From Gammaproteobacteria bacterium (lineage in GTDB: Bacteria > Pseudomonadota > Gammaproteobacteria > Francisellales > CACEW01): a stretch of DNA of 64,000 nucleotides. The stretch lies in assembly GCA_029256015.1 (NCBI GenBank), contig JAQSYQ010000008.1:3041-67040 (forward strand), read 5' to 3'. The notes under the pieces were generated by a model. The model ran no database searches. It saw only the letters and a list, made by a program, of their open reading frames with translations, and was not told where the DNA came from. Below are positions 10,054 through 20,087 of the stretch, one piece after another. The first letter of the stretch is position 1, and each line of letters opens with the position of its first letter. The position numbers and the translations under genes were made by a program.

Positions 10054-11255
10054 ATATTGACTCTGATTTTACGGCCGGGAATTTTGTCCAACGCCGCACC
10101 CATGCTGGCCAATTTATTTTGAATATCTATCCTCAATAAAATGCCGATCACCATGCAGTCTACCACCAAGCTACTTCCCCCATAGCTAATGAACGGCAAG
10201 GTTAATCCCTTGGTAGGCAATAGACCAATGTTCACTCCAATATTCACAATCACCTGCATGCCTAACCAAAAGGTAATACCATAAGCAACAAGCGCTTCAA
10301 ACTCTCGGCTTTTTAGGTGAGCTTGCCTGGCAATAACGAGCCCTCGCCATCCCACCACGACAAATAGACCTAATACACAAATAACTCCAACAAAGCCCAG
10401 CTCTTCGGCAATCACCGCTAAAACAAAGTCAGTATAAGCTTCCGGCAAATAAAATAGCTTCTGAATACTGCCGCCTAATCCTACGCCAAACCATCCTCCG
10501 CGACCAAACGCAATCAAAGACTGAGTAAGCTGATAACCTGTATCAAATTGGTTGTCCCATGGATGCAAAAAGCCCGTTAAACGAGCGAGGCGATACGGAG
10601 AAAAAATAACCAACATGGAAGCGGCCAACACTGCCAAAATAATCAAAATATAAAACCATCTTAAGCGAACGCCTGCCATAAACATCATGCCCAAGGCAGT
10701 GGTAAATACTACCACGGTGGCTCCAAAGTCGGGCTCCAGCAGTAACAATACTCCCATTAAACCGAGCACACAGATAGGTTTGATTACCCCTATAAAAGTA
10801 TGCCTTGCGACATCACCATGTCTTACTAAATAACTGGATACATACATTACCGCGCACAGTTTGACCAGCTCAGAAACTTGAATAGCGATAGGCCCTACAT
10901 CAATCCAGCGACGGCTTCCGTTTACAACATGACCAATACCAGGAATCAATACGGCAATCAGTAAAAAAATACCCAGTATTAACCACACCGGGCCTTTTTT
11001 ATACCAAAAACTTGTGTCGACACACAGCATTCCAACCGCACAAGCAATCGCAATAATTGCAAAAATAACTTGCCTAATGATAAAGTAAAAACTGTTACCG
11101 TAGTCATGCTGCGCCACCACCATGGAAGAAGAAGTCACCATCACCAAGCCGACCATTAATAGACCGATAACCGCTAACAGCAAATAAATATCAAGCTGGA
11201 AACTCGATTTAAGCTGGTCTTTCATTTCTGCGTTAGTACTAGGGTTTGAATTCAT
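10050..11255 (-). CDS. ftsW: peptidoglycan glycosyltransferase FtsW (SEDS family)
   Basis: SEDS polytopic membrane protein. Start trimmed to the ATG at 11255 (MNSNPST...), because the ORF-track extension 11256-11336 is encoded by repeat element R2a. Confidence 0.9.
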   Translation of the reverse strand: MNSNPSTNAEMKDQLKSSFQLDIYLLLAVIGLLMVGLVMVTSSSMVVAQHDYGNSFYFIIRQVIFAIIAIACAVGMLCVDTSFWYKKGPVWLILGIFLLIAVLIPGIGHVVNGSRRWIDVGPIAIQVSELVKLCAVMYVSSYLVRHGDVARHTFIGVIKPICVLGLMGVLLLLEPDFGATVVVFTTALGMMFMAGVRLRWFYILIILAVLAASMLVIFSPYRLARLTGFLHPWDNQFDTGYQLTQSLIAFGRGGWFGVGLGGSIQKLFYLPEAYTDFVLAVIAEELGFVGVICVLGLFVVVGWRGLVIARQAHLKSREFEALVAYGITFWLGMQVIVNIGVNIGLLPTKGLTLPFISYGGSSLVVDCMVIGILLRIDIQNKLASMGAALDKIPGRKIRVNI

Positions 11256-11271
11256 GCTAACCTCACCCGCT

Positions 11272-11388
11272 TCCATCTCTGCATTAAACTTTTGTTGCAC
11301 TTCAAATCGAGTATTCCTCATGTATTCATAACACACTCCGGTTCTCGATTTTCGCGCGCCTCAGTCTAATTTGGCGCTGAAACCGGTA
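11272..11388 (+). repeat. R2 element, copy a (upstream of ftsW)
   Basis: Aligns with 61252-61376: shared TCTCTGCATTA(A/T)ACTTTTGTTGC.CTTC.AA.CGAGT.TTCCTCAT...CGCGCGCCTCAGTCTAA. Confidence 0.8.
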
Positions 11389-11538
11389 AAAAAACCTATC
11401 TGAACATGGAGTTGATATTAGTTGATTGACTATAATTGTAGCTGCTACTTACTGAGAACAACAAGAAATTTGTGCTTGCTTGATGAGCTTGTGCCAATGA
11501 CATAAAATGGAAAGACCTTTCTTAATGAGGCGCAGATT

Positions 11539-12384
11539 ATGTCATATTACAAAAATATCCTTGTTGCTATTGATGTCTACGAAGATTTTCAGCCTCTATT
11601 GGATGAAGCTCAGAAATTCGCAAATCGCCAACAAGCCAAACTCCATTGTGCCTATGTCTCACCGATTATCACTTCTAGCGTTCCCTATGCTTACGATTTC
11701 CAAAATGCGGTTGAAAAAGAAGCTTTGGAAATTTTAGCCAAAATTAAGAGCAGCATTGGTTGTGAGACTATTTTGCTGCAAGGCTCAGCCAGTCAAAAAA
11801 TTTGCGAGTACGCTAAAGCGATCCAAGCCGATTTAATCCTTTGCGGCAGCCATGGAAGGCATGGTATCGGCCTATTATTAGGCTCTACTGCAAACGGCAT
11901 TTTACACAACTCTCACTGCGATGCCCTCACTATTCGGCTTGATAGTCAGTCCAAACCCATGACGAGCTCGGAGTATCAAAATATCGTTCTTGCTACTGAC
12001 CTCAAAGCTGATAGCAGTAAAGTTGCCATCGCCGCCAAAAATTTAGCCCAAAACTACAAAGCTCAGCTTCATATCATTCATGCTATCACTTATGTAGCGG
12101 CTACAGTTGCAGCTTATTATCCTGAAATAGAAACAGACCTTAAACAAGAAGCTCAAAAGAGCATGCTTCAATTAAGCCAGGAACTCAATGTTGATTTAAG
12201 CCAAAGCAAAATAGAGTTTGGCCCACCCAAACAGAGTATTTTAAAGGCAATAGACAGTCATCATGCAGAATTGCTAGTCATTGGCAGTCACGGGAAATCT
12301 GCCTTTGCCTCAGCCATGCTTGGCTCCACTGCTAATGCAGTGTTGCATGCGGCTAAGTGCAATATTTTAGTCATTAGAATATGA
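11539..12384 (+). CDS. tandem-domain universal stress protein (UspE-like)
   Basis: Two Usp domains, each ending in G(S)HG....LGS(T)A..V......C.(I/V)L.(I/V)R. Confidence 0.85.
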   Translation: MSYYKNILVAIDVYEDFQPLLDEAQKFANRQQAKLHCAYVSPIITSSVPYAYDFQNAVEKEALEILAKIKSSIGCETILLQGSASQKICEYAKAIQADLILCGSHGRHGIGLLLGSTANGILHNSHCDALTIRLDSQSKPMTSSEYQNIVLATDLKADSSKVAIAAKNLAQNYKAQLHIIHAITYVAATVAAYYPEIETDLKQEAQKSMLQLSQELNVDLSQSKIEFGPPKQSILKAIDSHHAELLVIGSHGKSAFASAMLGSTANAVLHAAKCNILVIRI

Positions 12385-12492
12385 CGAATTCTCTTAGCAA
12401 TTTATTGCTTTAGAGAATGTGCATCCCGGACCTGATCCGAGAGTTCCAGGCTTTAAACAAGGCATCCGCAGGTTAAGCTAAAAAGTGAAATA

Positions 12493-12990
12493 TTAATGCT
12501 TTTTGCGGACTTTGTTGACTTGCAGGGGATTCAACTTAACCCCCACTCTCGCCAACCCAATCAGCACATCATCCACAAAAGCCTGACAAATATGCATATT
12601 GCGCTTTTCATCGATGCCGGCTTGAGACTGTGCTGAGGCTTTTTCTTGTAGAGCTTTTTTGATTTCGCCTATCAAAGCTTTTTGCTGGGCTAAAATGCTA
12701 TAGTCTCGACGATGAGCCGAACCCGCAGCTTCAAATTGCTGAACCATCGCATGAAGCTTTGAAACCAAATTGCGAACTTCTTCTAAATGTTTTGCGGCGG
12801 CATTTTGAGGCTCTGCCTCATGTTGCGCTGCTACGGGTGCAGATGTGGCTACCTCTTCAACTTCAGTGACCTCTGCTTGAGACTCGTTATTGGATTGTAA
12901 AGCCATCAATTCTGCTTTTTTCATTTCAACAGAAGTTTCCGCCAGCTCGCTTGAGCGTTTACGTCCTATCAGTGATACTCGCTTTGTCAT
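12493..12990 (-). CDS. hypothetical helical protein with an acidic Gln/Ala/Glu-rich N-terminal half
   Basis: ORF only; AGGA lies 7 nt upstream of the ATG. No motif recognised. Confidence 0.45.
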   Translation of the reverse strand: MTKRVSLIGRKRSSELAETSVEMKKAELMALQSNNESQAEVTEVEEVATSAPVAAQHEAEPQNAAAKHLEEVRNLVSKLHAMVQQFEAAGSAHRRDYSILAQQKALIGEIKKALQEKASAQSQAGIDEKRNMHICQAFVDDVLIGLARVGVKLNPLQVNKVRKKH

Positions 12991-13147
12991 GGTATTATCC
13001 TATCCATAGCCTAAGGCTTTGCTAGAAGTATAGTTCATGAACGCTATGTTAATAAAGGATAATGATTAAATCCAGAATTTTAATAGCAGGATTTCGTCCT
13101 GCAACCGAGGTACTTTCTTTCAAGAAAGTACCCAAAGAATCCAAGCC

Positions 13148-13290
13148 CTCCTGCATGCTTCATCCTCTAAAATTGTGCTAAAGCCTAAGAAACGGCAAAA
13201 CAGATGTCCATATCTTGTTTGCCTTATGATCGCATCCCTGCGATCACCCTTCGGGTCTAAGGCTTATCGCTTTATTTTATCGGCGCATGC
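13148..13290 (-). repeat. R1 nested-palindrome element, copy a (reverse orientation)
   Basis: The reverse complement aligns with copies c and d. Hairpin A is TGATCGCA-N4-TGCGATCA (13227-13246). Hairpin B stem is GGCAAA/TTTGCC. Confidence 0.8.
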
Positions 13291-13313
13291 TAGGGGCAAT
13301 AAAAGAAAATCCA

Positions 13314-13348
13314 CCCCTGCCCTCCTTTAAAAAAGGAGGGGCTAGGGG
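13314..13348. repeat. short GC hairpin (CCCTCCTTT-AAAA-AAGGAGGG type) between the two R1 copies
   Basis: Palindrome CCCCTGCCCTCCTTTAAAAAAGGAGGGGCTAGGGG. Confidence 0.7.
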
Positions 13349-13364
13349 AGATTTGCTCTCGCCC

Positions 13365-13513
13365 ATGGTCACAGGCGCTTGAAAAGACAAAGCTCAAGCT
13401 TTAGGTCCGAAGGATAAGCGCAAGGATGCGCTTATCAGGCACACTGAAATGGACTTCCACTGTGCCGGTACTTAAGCTTGAGCGAAGCCTTTTCAAGGAG
13501 AAGCCTGTGCAGG
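13365..13513 (+). repeat. R1 nested-palindrome element, copy b
   Basis: ATGGTCACAGGCGCTTGAAAAG...CAAGCTT... core. Hairpin A is GATAAGCGCA-AGGA-TGCGCTTATC (13413-13436). Hairpin B stem is GGCACA/TGTGCC. Confidence 0.8.
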
Positions 13514-13545
13514 GCCGGCACTAAACCCTATCAAAACAGGGGGTA

Positions 13546-13573
13546 TTGAAAATTAAATACCTCGCCCCCATTC
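13546..13573 (+). promoter_or_regulatory. candidate sigma-32 heat-shock promoter for hslVU
   Basis: aTTGAAA at 13545-13551 and CCCCCATTCT at 13565-13574, against the consensus CTTGAAA-N13-15-CCCCATNT. About 40 nt upstream of the hslV ATG. Confidence 0.5.
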
Positions 13574-13612
13574 TATAACTGTTGAATGATGAGGAATAAA
13601 CAATTGGACATA

Positions 13613-14149
13613 ATGAAAGGTACCACCATATTAGCGGTACGCCGCAATGGCAAAGTCGTGATAGCCGGAGACGGGCAGGCAACCATGGGCAATATGGTGG
13701 CTAAAGACAATATTTGTAAGGTTCGTAAAATTTATCACAATAAAGTGATTGCCGGATTTGCCGGAGCAACTGCCGATGCCTTTACCTTATATGAACGCTT
13801 TGAAGCCAAGCTTGAAATGTACCAAGGCCACTTAGAACGTGCTGCGGTTGAACTAGTCAGAGAATGGCGCTCAGACCGTGCATTGCGTCGCTTAGAAGCC
13901 ATGCTTATTGTCGCAGACAAAAATACAAGCCTGTTAATTTCAGGAACTGGGGATGTGATGGGGGCGGATGCACATGGCGTGATGTCAATTGGCTCAGGCT
14001 CGGCATTTGCAAAGGCTGCGGCCCTGGCCCTTGTTAATAACACCCAGCTCGATGCCAAAAGCATTGTTGAAAAAAGCATGAATATCGCCGCTGATATTTG
14101 CATCTATACCAACCACAAATTTACTTTTGAAGAGCTTAGCGCAGATTAG
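13613..14149 (+). CDS. hslV: ATP-dependent protease subunit HslV
   Basis: [21 protein letters not shown] matches the HslV N-terminus. The ORF track starts 9 codons earlier, at 13586. Confidence 0.93.
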   Translation: MKGTTILAVRRNGKVVIAGDGQATMGNMVAKDNICKVRKIYHNKVIAGFAGATADAFTLYERFEAKLEMYQGHLERAAVELVREWRSDRALRRLEAMLIVADKNTSLLISGTGDVMGADAHGVMSIGSGSAFAKAAALALVNNTQLDAKSIVEKSMNIAADICIYTNHKFTFEELSAD

Positions 14150-14157
14150 GATAAATT

Positions 14158-15519
14158 ATGTCACAAATGACTCCCAAAGAAATTGTTCACGAACTGGATA
14201 AACACATTATTGGCCAAAGTGATGCCAAACGATCTGTTGCCATTGCTCTTAGAAATCGCTGGAGACGCATGCAGCTTCCAGAACATTTGCGCCATGAAGT
14301 AACTCCGAAAAATATTTTAATGATCGGACCAACCGGCGTGGGTAAAACAGAAATCGCCAGAAGGCTGGCTAAATTAGCCAATGCCCCTTTTATTAAGGTA
14401 GAAGCAACAAAATTCACCGAGGTCGGCTATGTGGGCCGTGATGTGGAATCGATTATCCGGGATTTAGTTGAAGTTTCTATCAAAATGACCCGCCAAACTG
14501 CTAAAGAAAAAGTACAACAACGCGCTATTGAAGCCGCTGAAAACCGTATTCTTGATGTCTTAATTACGCCTGCCAAGTCCTCTAAAGTCAATATTGGCTT
14601 TGGTAATGAGCCTAGTGCCCCTATTGTTGACGAAGAGATTTCTGAGTCTCGCAAAGTATTTCGCCAAAAGCTAAGAGACGGCGAACTTGATGATAAAGAA
14701 ATTGAAATTGAAGTTCATGCCGGCGGGGTAAGCATGGAGATTATGGGGCCTCCCGGCATGGAGGAAATGACCCAGCAGCTACAGGATTTGTTCCAGAATG
14801 TCCGCCATGAACGCACCAAAAAGCGCAAAATGAAAGTGAAAGAAGCCTTTAAAATCTTACAAGACGAGGAAGCTAACAAGCTCGTTAATGAAGAGGATAG
14901 CAAGCAGCAGGCCATCGAAAATGTGGAACAAAACGGTGTGGTATTTATCGACGAGATCGACAAAATATGCCGTCGCAGTGAACAAATGGGCGGAGCGGAT
15001 GTCTCTCGAGAAGGGGTACAAAGAGATCTATTGCCTCTCGTTGAGGGCAGCACCGTTAGCACTAAATACGGCATGGTAAAAACTGACCATATTTTATTTA
15101 TCGCATCAGGGGCTTTTCATTTATCCAAACCTTCTGATTTGGTTCCAGAGCTACAAGGCCGCTTACCGATTCGAGTAGAGCTTAAAGCTCTGACTGTAGA
15201 GGACTTTGTCAAAATTTTAACAGAGCCAAGCGCCTCCTTGATTAAACAATATATCGCCCTTTTAGAAACAGAAGACCTTCGTATCGAATTTACCGACCCC
15301 GCCATCAAACGCATTGCAGAGATTGCCTGGGAAGTGAATGAAAGGGTCGAAAATATTGGAGCAAGACGCTTACACACTGTTATGGAGAGGCTGCTAGAAG
15401 AGCTTTCCTTTACCGCAACCGATAAACTTGAAAAACATGTCATTATCGATGAAACTTATGTAAACAAAACGCTAAGTGATTTAGCGAAAGACGAGGACTT
15501 AAGCAGGTATATTCTATAG
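14158..15519 (+). CDS. hslU: ATP-dependent protease ATPase subunit HslU
   Basis: [17 protein letters not shown], Walker [17 protein letters not shown]-terminal DLSRYIL. Confidence 0.97.
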   Translation: MSQMTPKEIVHELDKHIIGQSDAKRSVAIALRNRWRRMQLPEHLRHEVTPKNILMIGPTGVGKTEIARRLAKLANAPFIKVEATKFTEVGYVGRDVESIIRDLVEVSIKMTRQTAKEKVQQRAIEAAENRILDVLITPAKSSKVNIGFGNEPSAPIVDEEISESRKVFRQKLRDGELDDKEIEIEVHAGGVSMEIMGPPGMEEMTQQLQDLFQNVRHERTKKRKMKVKEAFKILQDEEANKLVNEEDSKQQAIENVEQNGVVFIDEIDKICRRSEQMGGADVSREGVQRDLLPLVEGSTVSTKYGMVKTDHILFIASGAFHLSKPSDLVPELQGRLPIRVELKALTVEDFVKILTEPSASLIKQYIALLETEDLRIEFTDPAIKRIAEIAWEVNERVENIGARRLHTVMERLLEELSFTATDKLEKHVIIDETYVNKTLSDLAKDEDLSRYIL

Positions 15520-15585
15520 CCCTCTCCTTGGTCCTCTCCCTCAAGGGGCGAGGAGAAGTAGGTGGGAATAAATATTGCAATAAGC
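15519..15585 (+). repeat. R4 REP-like element abutting the hslU stop codon
   Basis: GCCCTCTCCTTGGTCCTCTCCCTCAAGGGGCGAGGAGAAGTAGGTGGGAATAAATATTGCAATAAGC. Confidence 0.8.
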
Positions 15586-15613
15586 TAAGTTATGAGAGAT
15601 CGATAAGCTATCT

Positions 15614-17032
15614 ATGAAAACACTGCTTTTTTATGACATTGAATCGACCGGTCTTAGCAAATGTTTTGACCAAGTATTGCAATTTGCCGCCATTCGCACC
15701 GATTTAGAGCTCAATGAGATAGAAAGGCATGAAATCCTCGTTAAGCTCAATCCCGATGTGATTCCTTCAGCTTATGCCACTATCACTCATCATGTCTCGA
15801 TAGCTGATACTCAACAGGGTATCAGCGAACTTGAAGCCATGAAGAAAATTCATTCGCTTCTCAACGCTCCAGGCACCATTTCACTGGGCTATAATACCCT
15901 GACATTTGACGATGAGTTCCTAAGGTTTTCATTTTATCGCAATTTATTCAACCCCTATAGCCACCAGTTTGCCAATGAATGCAGACGCATGGACCTGTAT
16001 CCAATGGCCATTATGTACCATTTATTTAAGCCAGAAGTGCTTAACTGGCCACAACTAAACGGTCAAGTGAGTTTAAAACTGGATCAATTAAGCCCTGCCA
16101 ACAACCTGGCTCAAGGGCCGGCTCATACTGCCATAGTGGACGTTGAGGCCACTGTAGAGCTGGCTAGACGCTTTAAACAAGATGAAAAAATGTGGAGCTA
16201 TCTCTGCGGATATTTTGATAAGGCGACCGATCAATCCCGAGAAAAGAAACTGCTTCCGGCCTGGCAAAGCTCAAATGCCCCTTTATTAGGACTAATGTTC
16301 TATGGGAAATTTGGTACTCAGTCTTATTACCACGCTCCTGTATTAGCCTTAGGCCAGCACCAACATTACCGCAATCAAAATTTGTGGCTAAGGCTAGATA
16401 GACCTGAGCTTGTTCAAATTACTGAAAACTCTATTAAAGAACACAGCTGGGTGCTTGATAAAAAATACGGAGAGCCTGGTTTTATTTTACCTATGCAGGA
16501 ACCCTATAGCCAATACTTAAGCCAGGACAGAAAAGACATAGTTGAACAAAACCTGGCCTTTTTGCAGTCTCGCCCCGATATTTTAGATAAAATAATGACT
16601 TATCATCGAAACTACACCCACCCTGTTCATCCAGAAACGGATATCGACGCTGCCCTGTATCAAAATGGTTTTTTAACGGATGCTGACACCAAACTATGTC
16701 AAAGGTTTCATGCCCTTGATAAAGTTGAAAAAATCAAATTACTGCCTAACTTAAGCCCGCGTATTCAAGAGATGGCAATAAGAGCATTAGGCCGTCATTG
16801 CTATCAAGACTTGCCCGAAGCCTATCAAAAGCAATTCGATGCGCATTTATCCAAAATTTTTAGCCACGACGAGAGCTTAATTTTGAGCGATTATACTCAG
16901 AAAAAACGCTACAGCCTGGCCCAATTATTGGCAGACATTCATGCGTTACGCCAGAGAACAGACTTAAGCTCTAAGCAGCTTGCTTTGCTGGATGAGTTGC
17001 AAGCCTACGCACTAGAGAAAAATCCCTCCTAG
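15614..17032 (+). CDS. sbcB: exodeoxyribonuclease I
   Basis: FYDIESTG exonuclease motif, QFAAIRTD, GYN...FDDEF.R..FYRN; aligns with E. coli SbcB. Confidence 0.9.
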   Translation: MKTLLFYDIESTGLSKCFDQVLQFAAIRTDLELNEIERHEILVKLNPDVIPSAYATITHHVSIADTQQGISELEAMKKIHSLLNAPGTISLGYNTLTFDDEFLRFSFYRNLFNPYSHQFANECRRMDLYPMAIMYHLFKPEVLNWPQLNGQVSLKLDQLSPANNLAQGPAHTAIVDVEATVELARRFKQDEKMWSYLCGYFDKATDQSREKKLLPAWQSSNAPLLGLMFYGKFGTQSYYHAPVLALGQHQHYRNQNLWLRLDRPELVQITENSIKEHSWVLDKKYGEPGFILPMQEPYSQYLSQDRKDIVEQNLAFLQSRPDILDKIMTYHRNYTHPVHPETDIDAALYQNGFLTDADTKLCQRFHALDKVEKIKLLPNLSPRIQEMAIRALGRHCYQDLPEAYQKQFDAHLSKIFSHDESLILSDYTQKKRYSLAQLLADIHALRQRTDLSSKQLALLDELQAYALEKNPS

Positions 17033-17033
17033 C

Positions 17034-17095
17034 CTCCCTTTGCAAAGGGAGAACTATCTCCTTTTTATTAAAGGGGGATGGAAGGGGATTTTTGT
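17034..17095. repeat. short hairpins of the CTCCCTTT..AAAGGGAG type between sbcB and the PAP2 gene
   Basis: CTCCCTTTGCAAAGGGAG, then ATCTCCTTTTTATTAAAGGGGGAT. Confidence 0.65.
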
Positions 17096-17706
17096 AAGTA
17101 ATGGATAGCTAATGTGATGCTCACTCCCAAATAGGCTCCGGCAATCACATCGCTTAAAAAATGATAGTTGGCCGCAATCAAACAAGCTCCCAAAATAGCC
17201 AGCAATCCCACAGCAAGCCAGCGATAGACCGGATAATACAGAACAATTGAAGTCAGGGCCGCACTAAACACACACATATGCCCAGAGGGAAAACCTCCCC
17301 CGTGCAACCAATGAAATCCATAGCGGGCGGGATCAGACACGAACATTAATACATGTGAATCAAAATACCGGGGAGCATAGCGACCAAATAAAAACTGTAG
17401 CGAAGTTTTAATAAAAAAGGCCACACTGACGCTTCCACTTAGCAAACCCAAGCAGCGAACCAGGCGGCTATTGACACCTTGCATATGATAGTAAAAATAC
17501 AAGAGGAAAATAGGCAAAAGCGCGCAATACACCAGTTGAGTAACAATTAAATCCACATCGGAAGAAAGCATGCCCTTGGATTGATGAAAGCCAAACTGGT
17601 AGACCCAGACTGATAAGGCTCTATCAATAAAAAAATAGCTAATAATGATAGCCAATAAAACAATCGGCAAGCTGGTGGCAAGATAGCGAACTGGGGCTTT
17701 TAACAT
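17068..17706 (-). CDS. PAP2-family lipid phosphatase
   Basis: PAP2 motifs PSGH and HFLSDVIAG. Polytopic. The ATG at 17706 is preferred over the upstream ORF-track start at 17718. Confidence 0.8.
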   Translation of the reverse strand: MLKAPVRYLATSLPIVLLAIIISYFFIDRALSVWVYQFGFHQSKGMLSSDVDLIVTQLVYCALLPIFLLYFYYHMQGVNSRLVRCLGLLSGSVSVAFFIKTSLQFLFGRYAPRYFDSHVLMFVSDPARYGFHWLHGGGFPSGHMCVFSAALTSIVLYYPVYRWLAVGLLAILGACLIAANYHFLSDVIAGAYLGVSITLAIHYLQKSPSIPL

Positions 17707-17855
17707 AACAAATTCCAAAGGGGAAATAGTTTAATACTAGCATAAAAGCTAATAGGCATAAGGGGGATTTGCTAGAAATTAATCAAAAAACTACTTTCAG
17801 CATCTCTCAAGCTCCTTTATCATAAAAAAGTCAAATTCAATGCAGGAGCACAAGG

Positions 17856-19319
17856 ATGACCGTTAAGAAAAAATCTACAAAAAAAATCTCGACTCGCCCC
17901 TCCTCGTATCAAGGTTTTCAGGCAGTTCAAAAGTTAATTAAGCAGCATGGGGTTAAATTTGTAGACTTAAGATTTACTGATACTCATGGCAAAGAACAGC
18001 ATGTCAGCCTTCCAGCTCATGCCGTTGATGAGGACTTTTTTGAATTTGGCAAAATGTTTGATGGCTCCTCTATCGCTGGATGGAAGCCAATCAACGAATC
18101 AGATATGGCCTTGATGCCCGACGGCAGCACTGCGGTAATGGATCCTTTTTCATTAGCGCCGACTCTTATTTTACGCTGCGATATATTTGACCCTAGCACT
18201 CAACAGGCCTACATAAGAGATCCGCGCTCTGTTGCAAAAAGAGCTGAAGAATACCTGAAAAAAACCGGCATTGCAGACACCTCTATCTTTGGTCCAGAAC
18301 CGGAATTTTTTATATTCGATGACGTGCGCTGGAAAGTTGAAATGCGCGGCAACAGCTACCAAATTGACTCCGATGAAGCAGCCTGGAATACGGATAAAAG
18401 TTATCCGGAAGGCAACTGTGGTCATCGCCCGGGGGTGAAAGGCGGTTATTTCCCAGTGCCTCCTGTGGATTCCTCGCAGGACATTCGCTCTGAAATGTGC
18501 GAGATTTTGACCCAAATGGGCCTGATTATCGAAGCACATCATCATGAAGTGGCTACCGCCAACCAAAATGAAATCGCTACCCGGTTTAACTCACTGACTA
18601 AAAAAGCCGATGAAATCCAGATTTTAAAATATGTAGTACACAATGTGGCACACCGCTATGGTAAAACCGCAACCTTTATGCCAAAGCCCATGGTAGGGGA
18701 TAACGGGTCTGGCATGCACTGCCATCAGTCCCTATCGAAAAATGGCAAAAATATATTTAGCGGAGATCATTACGCGGGCCTATCTGAAGAAGCTTTGTTT
18801 TATATAGGCGGAATTATTAAGCACGCCAAGGCTATCAATGCTTTTACCAATCCAAGTACCAACAGCTATAAACGATTGGTGCCAGGCTTTGAAGCACCTG
18901 TTTTATTGGCATTTTCTGCACGTAACCGCTCAGCCTCCATTAGAATTCCTTATACCGCCAATCCCAAAGCAGCTCGAATTGAAGTGCGCTTTCCGGACCC
19001 TACTGCCAACCCTTATTTAGGCTTTGCAGCTATGTTAATGGCAGGAATTGACGGCATTAAAAATAAAATCCATCCAGGAAAGTCTATGGATAAAGACTTG
19101 TATGAGCTACCCGAAAATGAGCTCAAGAAAATCCCAGGCGTGGCGCACTCTCTTGAAGAAGCCTTAAAAGCCCTGGATAAAGATCGGGCCTTTTTAACTC
19201 AAGGCGGGGTATTCACCGATGATATGATCGATGCTTATATCAAGCTTAAAATGCAGCATGTGATTAAACTCAATACTACGGTGCATCCTATCGAGTTTGA
19301 ACTGTATTACAGCTTATAG
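17856..19319 (+). CDS. glnA: glutamine synthetase type I, with an ~18-aa Lys-rich N-terminal extension
   Basis: [18 protein letters not shown] and the C-terminal GS catalytic region; AGGAG upstream. Confidence 0.96.
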   Translation: MTVKKKSTKKISTRPSSYQGFQAVQKLIKQHGVKFVDLRFTDTHGKEQHVSLPAHAVDEDFFEFGKMFDGSSIAGWKPINESDMALMPDGSTAVMDPFSLAPTLILRCDIFDPSTQQAYIRDPRSVAKRAEEYLKKTGIADTSIFGPEPEFFIFDDVRWKVEMRGNSYQIDSDEAAWNTDKSYPEGNCGHRPGVKGGYFPVPPVDSSQDIRSEMCEILTQMGLIIEAHHHEVATANQNEIATRFNSLTKKADEIQILKYVVHNVAHRYGKTATFMPKPMVGDNGSGMHCHQSLSKNGKNIFSGDHYAGLSEEALFYIGGIIKHAKAINAFTNPSTNSYKRLVPGFEAPVLLAFSARNRSASIRIPYTANPKAARIEVRFPDPTANPYLGFAAMLMAGIDGIKNKIHPGKSMDKDLYELPENELKKIPGVAHSLEEALKALDKDRAFLTQGGVFTDDMIDAYIKLKMQHVIKLNTTVHPIEFELYYSL

Positions 19320-19406
19320 TCCATGATGGTCTAGTAGCCAAGGATAATCCCAAAGGAACTATGCTAGCTCGTTTGCATTCTCGACTGAACTTACTGGAAT
19401 ACAGGG

Positions 19407-20087
19407 CTAGGGTAGTCCTGGCCCTATGTCCTTCTTAGGCAGCACCGGCGGCAAAATATGCGCTCCTATTGGCATAAATGGCAAATGAGAGAAAGCGATA
19501 GCCTGCTGAGCCTGAAGCTGGACTTGATTGTAAACATGATCACTCAAGCTTCTTATTGTATGATGCTCAAGACCTGCTTCACGTATAGCTGCATAAAATA
19601 TGTCTTTAGAAATGTTCTCACGAATATACTTAAGGCCAATCTGATCAAGCACAGCTATGTGGCTAGACTCAGGAAGAATAGCCAAAAGATCGCCGATGAT
19701 TTCTTCTAGATTCGTTGCATTTTCTTCAAAATCTTCATTATTATCCAGATTATTCTCAATGAATTCTTGTAAATCATTCATTTCATCAACGAAGACAAAG
19801 CGTTCTTTCTCTGGCAAAGACTTCAGAACTTTGAGAAAATCGTCAATTCCCGATACAATATCACTGAAACCGCGCTCTCCAATAATCCGTGCTAACAGAT
19901 TGGCACGCTCATTTTTTGGGAATTTTTTTAATAGCTTAGAGAGATCCTCATCTTCGGGGGCAATGGCCTGTAAGCGGGCGCCTGCCTCAGGCGTATCAGG
20001 AAAGATAGCATTTAGCAAAACCAAACGCCTGCCTTTTGACAAAGCATCTAATGCTGATAATAAATCTTCATACGTTAATTCATCCAT
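19407..20087 (-). CDS. orphan acidic helical-repeat protein (paralog of 21492..22256)
   Basis: Four ~33-aa units of pattern [DE][DE]hh..L..LP...R..hh..h. GAGGAG lies 7 nt upstream of the ATG. Confidence 0.7.
   Translation of the reverse strand: MDELTYEDLLSALDALSKGRRLVLLNAIFPDTPEAGARLQAIAPEDEDLSKLLKKFPKNERANLLARIIGERGFSDIVSGIDDFLKVLKSLPEKERFVFVDEMNDLQEFIENNLDNNEDFEENATNLEEIIGDLLAILPESSHIAVLDQIGLKYIRENISKDIFYAAIREAGLEHHTIRSLSDHVYNQVQLQAQQAIAFSHLPFMPIGAHILPPVLPKKDIGPGLP

Noticed and set aside
11256-11336. 27-codon N-terminal extension of ftsW (MCYEYMRNTRFEVQQKFNAEMEAGEVS)
   Set aside because: The sequence belongs to repeat R2a, which recurs non-codingly after dnaN. The ATG at 11255 gives a normal FtsW N-terminus.
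13148-13513. Possibility that the repeated elements form a CRISPR array
   Set aside because: The copies are 140-200 bp, lie in inverted orientation, and are not regularly spaced with unique spacers. No cas genes are in the window.
13735-15443. Several minus-strand ORFs (122, 76, 75, 119 and 108 aa) opposite hslV and hslU
   Set aside because: All lie fully inside well-supported coding regions. They have no SD sequences, and their Ser/Leu/Arg-rich composition is typical of antisense frames.
17719-17855. Sigma-54 (TGGCAC-N5-TTGCA) promoter upstream of glnA
   Set aside because: The only GG...GC candidate (AGGCATAAGGGGGATTTGCT) has 16-nt rather than 12-nt GG-to-GC spacing.
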